Notes under the pieces: generated by a model | What the model saw: the letters and a program-made list of their open reading frames with translations, nothing else | Told to the model about the DNA's origin: nothing | Databases searched by the model: none | DNA from: the human T2T-CHM13v2.0 reference genome, Homo sapiens | Length of the DNA: 64,000 nt | Strand: one strand, 5' to 3' | Assembly: GCF_009914755.1 (NCBI RefSeq) | Contig: NC_060931.1 | In this document: piece by piece, positions 13,925-27,435 of the stretch | Layout: every line of letters starts with the position of its first letter | How positions within the stretch are numbered: the first letter of the stretch is position 1 | Made by a program: the position numbers and the translations under genes

Positions 13925-16900
13925 CATGCGAATGTTTTAGTAAATACACACTCTTTGTGTGCTTGTATTTCAATGATATTTAATGAAGTATGTAATTAAA
14001 ACAACAAGCACAACCAGTTTAAACTAGATTTGGGGACAAAAACAAATGGCTCATCTGGTTGGGACAGAAGTGCTCAGGTGTTGTACAGTGGCTCTCAGTC
14101 ACTCTCACTGGCATCTGCCAGTACCCTATGCTGAGGACATAGAATGTGCAAGTCAGTTAAGGGAAGGGTTAGTAAAGAGAGCTTCTATGGCTTGCATAGC
14201 CTCTGAAAAGTGCACTCTGTTCAGTCTTGAAGAAATGTGAAATTAAGAAGAAATCTTATCTAAATTATGTTTGTTGTAATCTGTCGGCTTATATACCTAC
14301 ATTTAGGCCTTCACAGCACCTAGTGGCTTTCCTGTTATTAAAGAGAACAGCAGACTTCTGTAACTACAGAAGAGCTTCTCTGAAACTAGTGATTTTAGGG
14401 GACTGAGAAGAAAGAGGCAGATGAGATGGTGTCTCTTAAAGGGTTATTTCAAAGCCAAAGTTTAGATGCATTTCACATGCAGGGAGTGTGAATTGTCTGT
14501 ATCTTCTATAGGGTTTAGTCTAATCCTTTTTTCCTCTCGATGTATGGGAAGGAGTCGCATCACAGGATGCTGGCAGGGCCTTGCTGGTGTGACATAGGCT
14601 TCAGCTTCCTATCTGTTTCCCCTGGGGAATCAATGAAAACAAGGTTCATCATTCCTCTAATAGATTAAAATTTTTTTCTTGATTAACTTCACTGTGGAGT
14701 TGGCAAGAGTTGTTATCTGTTAATCAAAACTGTTTAAATAAAAAATAAAAAGATCAAACTTTGAGTCTTTTCTCATTCTCTGGTTCCTGGGTTGGGAATT
14801 AGCTGATCGTTTTAGGCCTGGTTTGTGACATGAGGCTGTCAAGATGGCGCTTCCTGTTAATTACTTTTTATTGTATTTAAGACACTTAAATAACTCTTCT
14901 TATGATTTAGTCGTCTATGTAATTAGCTGCAGTGATTAAAATCTCCTTCTTTCGTTCTTGCCAGAGCCTTCTTGAAGAGTGAGATTTTCTGAGGTGACCT
15001 TTCCCTGTGCTGGACTTCCCAATTACTTTGAGCTCCAATTTGGCAAACCCTTAGAATCTATTAACTCCTTGCTTATGCCTTTCTGCATATCACGTTTTCA
15101 AAGAAAAGTGTTAGAAGAAAATGTGTTCACATTTAGAAAGGGACATCTACAAAATATAACTAGGGTAAGCCACACAGATACACACACTCATTCTCACCAC
15201 CACCTCACCCCTCATCCATGGAAAACTGTCACATATCCAGAAGATACAGTCACTAAGGCACTTCCCTATTGTTTCCCATTATGTGAAGTATTTCAGGATG
15301 ATAGGAAACAATACACATGGCCCATTTTGTGAAAGTTAAAGAATGGCACAGAGATGGAACCTTGAAAGGTGAGCAAGTGAAAATTCCTGTTTATTTTCTG
15401 CAGAAGATCACATCTTTTTAGACAGGTGACTTTATTTTTTCTGTTTATTTTTCTCATATTTTCCTTCTGTTGCTTCCCTGCATTGCTCTTCTTTCTTGAT
15501 GCATGCATCACCACTGCCACCTGCCTTGATGGCTGTCAGAGCATGAGACCTTGCTATCAGAGGTATTGTCCAAGTTCTGTGGGGGCTCGGGACATCTTAG
15601 ATAATTCTTTCCCATGCAGCAGCTTCAAGGCCATCTTTATGAATATCCTTTCTGTCTGTTTAGAGTCTTCGTGGATAGCGCTTACCTTTAATGTATTTGT
15701 ATGAACCAGACTATTAAATTTGCAAAGAATAAGACTGCCTTTGCTTTTGCTTTTTCTTTGGTTCTAATTTGCAGGGATACTTTTTTTCTCCCAGCTGTTC
15801 TATTAGTGACTGAACCATTAGGTTAGGTCTTATCCTTACTCTGCTAGAATAATCCTTTTTTAATCCTAGTTTGGTTTTTCTCAGTCACAGTAGGAATAAG
15901 TGTCATACAGCCCCCAGCTTTTCTGACTACAGTTGTATAGCTTTGAGGTTTTTCACTGTCAGCCAAACCTCCTATCTCTCAGAGTTTTCAATTCTTAAAA
16001 CACATTACTAATATCTGACTTTCAAGCTACACTTGGGCAAAAGCAGCCTCTTGAATCGCTCTTTTCTGGCCTAGTCATCTTACCCAGAGAGGCCCACAAC
16101 ATCCTGAAGTTCCTTTTCAGCACTTGAGAAAGTATGGTTACAGTGTTAATAATGGCAGTGGCTCTGCCGGGAGGTAGGGTCTGTATTATAGCCAACCCTT
16201 TTTCCCCACAGATTGATGACTTACGCTTTAATCATAGTCAATGAAAAGAACTGCTGAGCCCCCTTCCTGCCCTGCTTTGAAGGAACACAAGACACTAGAA
16301 TGAGGGTTGTTGTTTTTTTCCACTTAAATCAGTAACAAACCACTAACCAACTCAACCCAAACCTTCCGCCTTCCCAAAAAGAGCAGTTTAGATTGTTTTC
16401 TGGAAATCATAGGCTGCTGGGTTAATATAATTGTGCTGCTTCTCCTGTGTTGAGTAGTAGAAGTGTGCCTATCCATTCTGAGGACATCAGAAACCTATGT
16501 GGCATTTAGTTAACAATACTTGAGAAAGAAGTAGTTGAATAACTAGGCCTGTCCTCTGCCAGCTCAAGCATAGCAATCATTTTAAGACACTTGTCCCATA
16601 AAACACTATAAGAAGGAACTTGGCTGTTGCACAGGGTTCAGGATTACAGTCAGGAAAATATTGTTGAGTTTCAGACAAATCTGTCTCTTTTGTTCAGATA
16701 TTTCGTGGCTGGCTATCTATGGCAACCTCATACTGCCAAGTCTTATTTCCTTAAAAATGTGGTTTCAGATTACTTTATTACCATCATTTCTAGATGGAAG
16801 TTCAATTTAGCTTTTCATAATGGCACCCTTGAATCCTACAAATCAGCAAAATCCTTTACTGAAGTATGTGAGAGCTTCTTCTTTTCCCCTTTTTGCTTTT

Positions 16901-17557
16901 TATACTGTCAGTTGAGTTGAGTGCCAAGCTGTGGATGGATGACTTGAATATTTACTGCACTGATCCTTGGGAAGCTCCCCCTTGTCAGTTTCCCAAAGTG
17001 TACCATGGAGAGCCCAGGAGAGAGTAAGGCTTTTCCCCAAATCTGTTTATGTTGTAACTTTTGCTTCATGTCTCATTGTAATGTTTCTCTAAATATTTTA
17101 AAACTTCCTTTGCTTTTTTTCTTCTATATTCAAGGAGATGTCTTCAACTTGATCTTTCAGGTTATATGCTTAGCTAGACAGCTGGCCAATCATGCATATT
17201 GACTTATTTTCATTCATCCACACTCTCTTGTTTATTTATTCATATCACTTATTCATTTAGCCACTCACTCATTAGTTCATTTATCAAGTATTAGTGGAAT
17301 GCTTGGTATGTACTAAGGACTGTGTTAGGCATCATGAATATATTGGTAATTCTAAAACTGAAATTATTTCTATGCTTATAAAATTTACAGACTATTCTTT
17401 TAATCTAGCCCATTTTATTGATTTTTCTTTCAGCATTTATATTTAAATTTTTGTTCTTTAATTGTTCTGTCTTAATAGCACCCTATTCTTAGTTTATGAA
17501 TACAATTTGTCTCTAATATCTCTGAGAACATTTAAAACTAAAAGAAATAACACGCTT

Positions 17558-18494
<937 letters not shown>

Positions 18495-19733
18495 AAAAGA
18501 AATAACACCCTCTTCTGTTGTCTGAATTATCTGTTTCCTCTTAGATTAAATGTTGCCTTTATTTTGTTCCTTTTCTTTGATAAATCCTTAAATATTTGTA
18601 AACTTTCATCTGCATTTATGAAGGAACAACTTTACTATTTGGGGTAGGCATGGCATTTCTCTGCAGTTACGTAGGTCTACTTCTCTTGGACAGCTTCATC
18701 ACAAAAGCGAGTAGGGAGGCAGGTAGTATCAGAGGCAGGCTTCCTTGAAGGCTGCCCAAAAGTATCTGGTCCTGCAGCAGAGAGGAAGCAAGCAAATTAT
18801 AGACCCCACTGAAATTGTCGAGGGAAAGAGGCTCTCTGGTAGAGAGCTTTAATGTATTTTCCAGGATTATTTTGCAAGTGGGGGCTCGGGGTTGACTGGG
18901 ATGTGCTTTGCAGAAGCTGTCTCAAATGCTGTGGCCACACGTCCATCTAAACTTCTTCCCGTGTTAAATTAAGGGACAGCTTTAGTAGTATATAGATAAT
19001 AGACTTTTAAAGAAAAATCTGAGTATCTAATGTTGAGAAATCTGCAACAGTAACTTCCTTTAGTGTAAGTGTGACTATTTTGTGGCTTTGAGAACTTTAA
19101 TGCTTTCCACCACGTTACAGGTAAGCTTGGTAGCAAGCTGCAACAGTAATTGGAAGAACTGTGAAGACATCCTTTAGTATTAAAACAGTGGGTTAATGAA
19201 TGGTCTCTGTTAGAAGCAAAGTCCTCTAGCACCTCCTCTAGAAGAGGAGAAGGCATGAGGGCCCAGGGTTTTATGCTGCCCTGCTGGTAGAGATTTTACT
19301 GGGCTTGTATTTTTATTAGGCTTGTTTTTACTAGTGCCTGGGCTTCAAAGTTCCATAGGGTTTACTTGAATGATCTGCCCATAACCCTATTTTTCTCACA
19401 AGCCCTTTTTATTTAAGGTTTTCTGTGCAGTTTTGTGGTAAATATATGATACCAGTTATGCCTGTACTTTTGCCAGGTATCAAAACCTTTTGCTCCTAGC
19501 TACTCTGTGGGCATCACAGGGAAGTGGAGATTCTGGCTGGCTGGCCATGCTTTTCTGAGTGTGATTTCTAATTAATTACTCCGATGATGACCCTAAAGCC
19601 TACTCACTGTGGTTTTTTGTATTTATTGATAAAGGCCCTTGGAGTGCTCTTACTTCTTAGTATTTGTGCTACTATTTCTCCACTAGTCTGACCCCATCTG
19701 CTTTCTGCCTTTCAGGGTTTGCAAACTTTCTGA

Positions 19734-20094
<361 letters not shown>

Positions 20095-20199
20095 AGGGCT
20101 TTATTCTTTTCCATATCTGTCTTTCTCTTATTTCATGGGGACCTTGTAAAGGATGGTGTTTGGACATAAGTTCTCAGTAGATCTTGCTGACCTCCTACT

Positions 20200-20209
20200 A
20201 GCATTCTAT

Positions 20210-20248
<39 letters not shown>

Positions 20249-20383
20249 GAATAGTGCCATGATGTGATAAGGAGAAGGGGGCATTCGACATGGTTACTAA
20301 TAAGCATTATTTATTTATTTATTTAGAATAGTGTCATTGATGTGATAAGGAGAGGGGGCATTTGACATGGTTACCAATAAGCA
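20200..20383. repeat. Local tandem duplication containing a (TATT)n microsatellite
   Basis: Two copies of AGCATT-(TATT)n-TAGAATAGTG.CAT.GATGTGATAAGGAGA.GGGGGCATT.GACATGGTTAC.AATA, with n=10 and n=4. Confidence 0.95.
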
Positions 20384-20792
20384 AAACTTATGGGTCTTTT
20401 CTATGCCATTTCTCAGCCCCCTTCTCTTTATAATTCCTGTGGTCAGCACAGCACTAAGTGTTAAGGGGAATAGGAATGGAGTTTTTATAAATTTTTGTAA
20501 CTCACAGTAGTGATTCTGCTTAAAAGGGATTTGCTCCCTTTCATTCTGAGTGATCTTTTAAAAAGTAATAAAAATTGTAGTAACATTTTCAAAAGAAAAT
20601 AGGGGAAATTGCCTGTTATTTCATCCTGCTAATATAATAGCTCCTATTTTGGGGGTGCTTCTTTTGAGTGCTGAGTGCTTTTTTTTTTTTTTAAAGAATA
20701 TAAAATTTAGAAGCAGAAAAACTTGGACCACTCGGCATAAGGTTGAGATGAAGTCTAAGGCAAACTATTGTTGATATTAAGATTCTATGGAA

Positions 20793-21073
20793 TTTTTTTT
20801 GAGACAGGGTCTCACTCTGTCACCCATGCTGGAGTGCTGTGGTACAATCATGGCTCACTGCAGCCTCAATCTCTGTGGGCTCAGGTGATCCTCCCACCTC
20901 AGCCTCCCAAGTAGCTAGGACCACAGCTGAATGCCACCCCACCTGGCTAATTTTTGAAGAGACCGAGGTTTAGCCATGTTGCTCAGGCTGGTCTCGAACT
21001 CCTGGGCTCAAGCAGTTCTCCCACCTTGGCCTCCCAAAGTGCTGGGATTATATCATGAGCCACTGCACTGGCC
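20793..21073 (-). mobile_element. AluJ element
   Basis: GAGACAGGGTCTCACTCTGTCACC...CATGGCTCACTGCAGCCTC...CTCCTGGGCTCAAG J-type sequence. Confidence 0.9.
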
Positions 21074-21094
21074 TGGGTATTTTTTTAAATGTAG

Positions 21095-21312
21095 AGTTTG
21101 GAAGTAAATAGGTCTGAGGTAAAAAACTCAGCTCTACTATTAGATACTGTGTAATCATGGGCCTTAGTTTTTTTTTGTTTTTTTTGATTTTTGTTTTTCC
21201 AGCTGTAAGTTAGAGATAATAGTATATACCTCATAAGGATATTGTGAGGATTATAGGTGATACTGCATTTTAAATGTTTAGCATAGTGACTAAGACATAA
21301 CAATCAAATACT
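21095..21312 (+). mobile_element. MIR SINE
   Basis: MIR core: CTGTAAGTTAGAGATAATAGTATATACCTCATAAGGATATTGTGAGGATTA...TTAGCATAGTG. Confidence 0.75.
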
Positions 21313-22808
21313 AAAGTGAGCCCTAAGCCCTCCAGAGGGGAGCTGCTTACCATTGACCTAATTTTAAAATCTAATAGTTTCTTCCATCTTTCTCTGTCCT
21401 CTTTCCCACCTCTCTCTCACATGTCCAGCTATTTCTTTAAGCTCAAACTTGATTTTATATTCTGTTCTCTTTTTCTTCATCACACTCCCTGTGGCCAACT
21501 CATCCACTAATGTGATTGCTACCCAACAGATTCTTTTAAGGATGAATTTAGTAAGTAGTAGCTACCCAAGGTTTAATTTACAAAACAAAACAAAATGCCT
21601 CATTGGATTATGGTTGAGGACTCTGTGGTACTAGGGCATTTTATTGTTCCATTGGAGGCACTTTGGTTTGTATTAGTCTCCTCACATCACTTTTTCAGTT
21701 TTCATGACGGCAATTGCATTCATTTTCCCCCTAAGTATTGAATGTATACTGTTTCCTTAAGACAGTAATGATTGATAAGTACTTGCATACAGGTAGAAGT
21801 AATGGATATGCATGAGTAATGCTTAATGTTTCAGGAAGCTTAACACATATTTACCATTTAGTAGGCACACAATTTATTCTTTAATAAAAACAGTATATTG
21901 GATACCTTTCAAATCAAGAGGTGTGCTAGCCAGCTACTTCCCTGGGTATGCTAGCTATCTACTTTACCTGTTTATCTGAGGTGATGAAAAGGCACAGGGC
22001 TACCAAATTAGTGTTTTTGGAAATGTTTTTACTCTACCCCCACCTGAAAAGGCTTACTCAAAGCCATAGTCCATGGAGCTTTTAGAATGGCCCTTCCTGC
22101 TGTGATGCCTTAGTTAATTTTTCTGCCTTTAGTGAAAATGTGTTTTAAACAGGGAAACAAAAGGAACTTGGAAGGATTTAGCAAATATTGCGATCTTGGA
22201 GGTGAGTATGTATGGTAGGATTGGGAGATGTTTAAGAGCATTAGCTTCATAAAGGGAGGTGGACTGCCTTCTATCAGATTTCCATTGTTGGTTTTACATG
22301 GAGTCTTCTGACTTTCTAATATATCTGCTTACATATAAACTGGGATTCAGCAGACTGTTGCTTTATCTATTGTGTTTAAAGTGTGGTTTATAAGCCATCA
22401 CGCATTAGGTCAGTAGCAATGGGAACTATATTACAGTTCTCATACCATCCCTCTTCCTTCCCAATGAAAAAGGGATCATTTTGGCATTGACTACAAAATC
22501 ACCTTTTCTTTTTTTTACACCAAGAAGCAACTAAACAATTCATTTATTCCTGTCACCACTTTTTCAGAAATTTCCCTCTGAAATGTTTATATTGCTTCTT
22601 GTGTCACTTAGCACCCTCTGCAGCTGTGGAAAGATCAGATCATTGAGTGAAGGTTAACCACAGAGTCTTTGTAGTGGCTTACTGTCTTTCAAAGCAAGAA
22701 ACCAAAAATACCCCTTCCTTTCCAAAGAGAAGGAGAGAATTTCAAAGCCCTTAAACTTTTGCTGGACCTATTTATTGCTTGTACTAGAACTATGAATCAT
22801 TAAGTTAA

Positions 22809-23131
<323 letters not shown>

Positions 23132-23186
23132 AACACTTTTTTAAAAATGTATTTTTGTTTTCACTTAGTTTTGTAAGTGAGGTTTC

Positions 23187-24136
23187 TTTTTTTTTTTTCG
23201 TAGCACAGTTGGGGGTGTTTACTTGGCAAGCAGAGTCCAGGCAGGGAGGCCACGGGACCCCTGACAGGCACCTCCAAGGAGGATTTTCATAAGAGCAAAC
23301 ACTCAGGGACCAAGGCGAGTCCAAAGGGGCTGTGGAGAGGTTCCCTCGCTTCTGGCCATCAGCACAGCCAAGGCCCCACAACTAAAGGCTTTTATTGGGA
23401 AAGGGAAATTGACTGAAAAATGGCCTCCAACTTCCTCACTGCCTGAGACACTTGGACCTCCTCCACAAAGTTCAGGAAAGAAGGGCCCACCAAACTAGGT
23501 CCCCAGCAGTCTCAGGTGTAGAGGTCAAAGTCAATGCGTTTGGAGTTGTAGAACTGACCACGAAGGGGGTCCAGCTTCCGGCAGTAAACACCATCAGGAA
23601 AGTAGCCTTCGCTCACCCAGGTCTGCATCTGGTCGCTGGTGAAGGGCCCATGCAGCTCGGCATCCCCCGGGTTCTCCCACTTATATTCCCACATCACATC
23701 CACCAGACCATCTCCTGGCAACTCTGCTTCTCCTCTCTGGGTAGGGGTTGGGGTCTCCAGTTCCCCCTCTGCCACTTCCTCAGCGAACATGTCTAGGGAG
23801 TGTGGGGGTGTGGGATTGTGGGGTCCCTAGGGCCTGGCACCCCAAACCCTTCAGCCGCATGGCCAACTGTTCCCTCGTTTCCTGGTACATGCCAAGGTTT
23901 CCCTGGGCCACCATCTGGTCGGCCAATTCGGAGAGCCGGTCCGGGCACTGCGGGGAACTGGGTCACCCAGGCCCCTTGCTGCTCCCTTTGCCTCCTCCTC
24001 GGGCCCCCAGATGCCTCAGTGCCCTAGCCACTGTCTCTCTAGGCAATAGGAGCTCCAAAAGTCCCTCCAAGAAGGCTTGGGCACTCACTGGGGTCTGGCC
24101 CAAGCTGTCCTCCTCTTCCAAGTCTGAGGCCTGGCG
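23187..24136 (-). pseudogene. CD2BP2 (pseudogene): Processed, 5'-truncated CD2BP2 (U5-52K) pseudogene
   Basis: Minus strand reads RQASDLEEEDSLGQTPVSAQAFLEGLLELLLPRETVARALRHLGARGGGKGSSKGPG*PSSPQ..., then the GYF domain ...[39 protein letters not shown]...DFDLYT. No introns. In-frame TGA at 23963-23965 and a +1 frameshift near 23825. 3'UTR ends with AGTAAA (23218-23223) and an A12 tail (23187-23198). Degenerate TSD GTGAGGTTTCTTTT (23177-23190) / GTGGGGTCTCATTT (24136-24149). Confidence 0.95.
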
Positions 24137-25299
24137 TGGGGTCTCATTTCTAGAGCTTTTACCTGCAGAAGTTCTGTACTTTGTTTATGCAGTGCAGATC
24201 TAAAGCAGCTGCCACAATCTGGACCTTAGCAACACTGACATTGGGTTTGGTCCAGTTGCTAATGGACTCTAGGGAACAAAAACACCACTCTCCTGCTCCT
24301 GTGATGCCAGCTGGCTAGTATGTAGGCCATAAACCATAATGGACAGGTAGTGGAATTCCTCTTCCTGGACGTCTTTTTCCTTTCTGACCAATATGAAATA
24401 AAACTTATTTTGACCTTCTACCCTAAAAAGCAACATGTGCTGAAACAAGTTTCTTCTGACAAATTTGTTCTTATCTAGAATGATTAGATTTGGTAGAAGA
24501 ACGTAGTTATACTTCCAGTTAGCAGTGGCGTGGTATTTCTCTGAGTAGAATGATGGTCGTCTAGAATCTAGACTATTACTTCAGTTTCTTCCTCTGAACA
24601 AAACGTTGTTTATGTATACCTGCATTTACATAAACTACAGGGGATGTGAAAATGACTCTCTGGGGCTGCCTCTCTCCATTTTGGACCTTTCTAGACCTCA
24701 TTGGTTTGGCTGGTTCTGCTTTCACTGTCAGAGCAGATCATTCCAGATGCCATTATGTAATTTTCTGTCTTGGGATATGTGTTTGCATGGGGGGGTGGTT
24801 TTGTTTTGTTGTTAAGTGATGTTTAATGTCAAGCCAATAATATGGATATGTAGGCTTGGTTTTGTCATAATGGCCACAAGTTAGCTTATTTATCCTTATT
24901 TCCCAGAGACACAGAGAGCCACCCTTCCCCACCCCTACTTAATGTCTACGTTTTGCAGGGGGCTCTTGTCATCACAGCTGCCTAGGAAGTACAGCATGGC
25001 CAGTTGGCAGTTCTATTCTGCAGAGACAAAGAGGAGGAATCTTTTCTCTGGTTGCTACCACAACTGATTGGTTGGCTTCCTGTGACCTAAATAGAACCAA
25101 TAGGAATGAGTTTGCTGTTCCTGAAATAATACCAAAGTTTGCTCTATTCCCTTCCCAGAATTCTCAGGGTCATGTTCTTTGGGAAGGCCAGGTGATATGA
25201 CACATTTATGATTCTGGGGCCTTAGGTTGTGTTACATCATTCTTGGCCCTTGATTTCTTGAGGAGAGTAGTATTAGCTGAAGTTTTCTGTCTGGGTAGT

Positions 25300-25501
25300 T
25301 TTTCATAAAACTTGATAGACTCACCTGGAGCACTTACAAAAAATAGTGATGCCCAAAATTAAAATCTAAGTACTGATGCTTGGTGTTTTATCAGTGTAAA
25401 TCTTCACCCCTAGAGGTTCTTGTTTTATTTGTCTGGTGTGGGGTCTGGCATTAGTGTTTTAAGTGGTGATTCTGATGTGCACCCAATATTGCTAACCACT
25501 G
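25300..25501. mobile_element. MER5-like hAT-Charlie fossil
   Basis: TCACCTGGAGCACTT...GGTCTGGCATTAGTGTTTTAAG..GGTGATTCTGATGTGCA...AACCACTG. Confidence 0.6.
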
Positions 25502-27077
25502 AGAAAGGGAGTCTAAAGGAAACAGGAGGGGCCAAAACCAACAATCTTCTCTGCTCTCAGATTAGGTCTGCAGCATAGATACAGGTAATAGGAGGAATAA
25601 GAAAGACATTACAGATGTTTATGTTCTCAGATCACTTTTACAGCTCTGTTAATTTCTTCAATACCATCTCTGTTTGGAAGATGTACATGATGGCAGAGCG
25701 GTGGAGGGGCCAATGGGGAGATGGTTATTTCTAGCTCTGCCTCCAGGTTAAAGTGTGACCTTGCAAGTCAGTTAACCTCTTTTCCTAAGGCCCTTAGCTG
25801 GCCTTTTTTGAAAGTGGCATAAACAGTACTGTCAACATTATGCTTCCTTAATGTGTGTCTTCTTGGTAATGTAAAATTCCTTCAAACCCCTTCTCAGGTT
25901 CTTGGTAGAGGGGATTTCAGTGGTGGGAATGTTTATGGGTGAGACAAGCAGTAGCAATGAAGCCACAAGTTTCCTGTTGGCTGAAACGTCTAGTTGTAGA
26001 TTTTCCCTGTAGCTCTTCCTTCCCAGGCTCTTGATTTTAAGTGATTAGTTTGCTTGGAAGTCTGGATTTACAAAAGTCTGCTTAAGGTGCTTGTTCTTCA
26101 TTAATGTAATCAGACTTTACCCAAATAGTTAATTCTTAGTGATCTCCACCAGTTAATTCAGTGGCCTGATTGCCATTAGCCACTGATGTGACCTTAGTTG
26201 AATTGCTTGTCTGAGAGAGCAGTGGTGTAGTGGAATGGTGGTGTAGTGAATTTGGACCTGTAAGGTTCCTTTTAACCCTATTTGTAACTGATTTTCAAAT
26301 TCATCGATTTTATCTGGCTAGCGACTGTTTATTATTACTGTTGTTTTAAAACACCCTCCTAGAAGGAATCCTTAGGCAGTAAAAGGTGTTAATCTCTTTT
26401 GTTGCCTCTCTTATTGCTAGCTAACCAAAACTGTATCTCCAAGTAATAAATATTTGTGTATCTCGAAGTAATAAATATTTGGGGTGATGAAATAAATTCA
26501 AGTATAATCATTTTTCAGGCTCAATGTCAGTTGGTGGGTTTATAAAGACTGAAGCCCAAAATTAAATATCCAAGAAGCCCTAGAGTTTATGGTGTTCTGT
26601 TTTGGGGGATAGCCTTACGTATATGAAATTAATAATGTGTATTTTGATGACCAAAGTATAATTATTTGGCAGGCTTTAATCCAAACTAATATGCTGGAGA
26701 AGATTGGCTGTTTTATGCTGATGCGCTTCTAGGTATAACCCCATTTATGACTCTAGCTGTTTTCTTTCACACCTTTCTAAAAGGGGCTTTTATTCAGCCA
26801 GTAAACACAGGTATAACAAAACTAGCCAGTGCCATATGTTAAATATCTTGAATATCATCCATGTTTACAACATAATATTTTAAGAATTATATCATTTGGT
26901 CTTAGATAACCCTTCAAGGTTGCTTTTCAGGGAGAGATGTAAATCATTGTATCATGGGTTGGCAGAGAAGAGAGAATCAGGACTGCCTGTTTCCATTTTG
27001 GTTTGGATCCTTTGAATTGGGACTATTTTCTATACCTCATCTTGCACTGTTGAGGTTTGTGTGTTTAGTGTGGCTGA

Positions 27078-27435
<358 letters not shown>

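Noticed and set aside
14313-14330. CTCF-like motif (GCCACTAGGTGCTG on the minus strand)
   Set aside because: Mismatches in the conserved GGC part of the core; cannot be supported without ChIP data.
20200-20383. CRISPR-like repeat-spacer array
   Set aside because: Only two copies of a eukaryotic tandem duplication, with no unique spacers and no cas genes.
23452-24203. Plus-strand ORFs of 114 and 151 aa
   Set aside because: Antisense shadows of the GC-rich CD2BP2 pseudogene, with no recognisable protein similarity.
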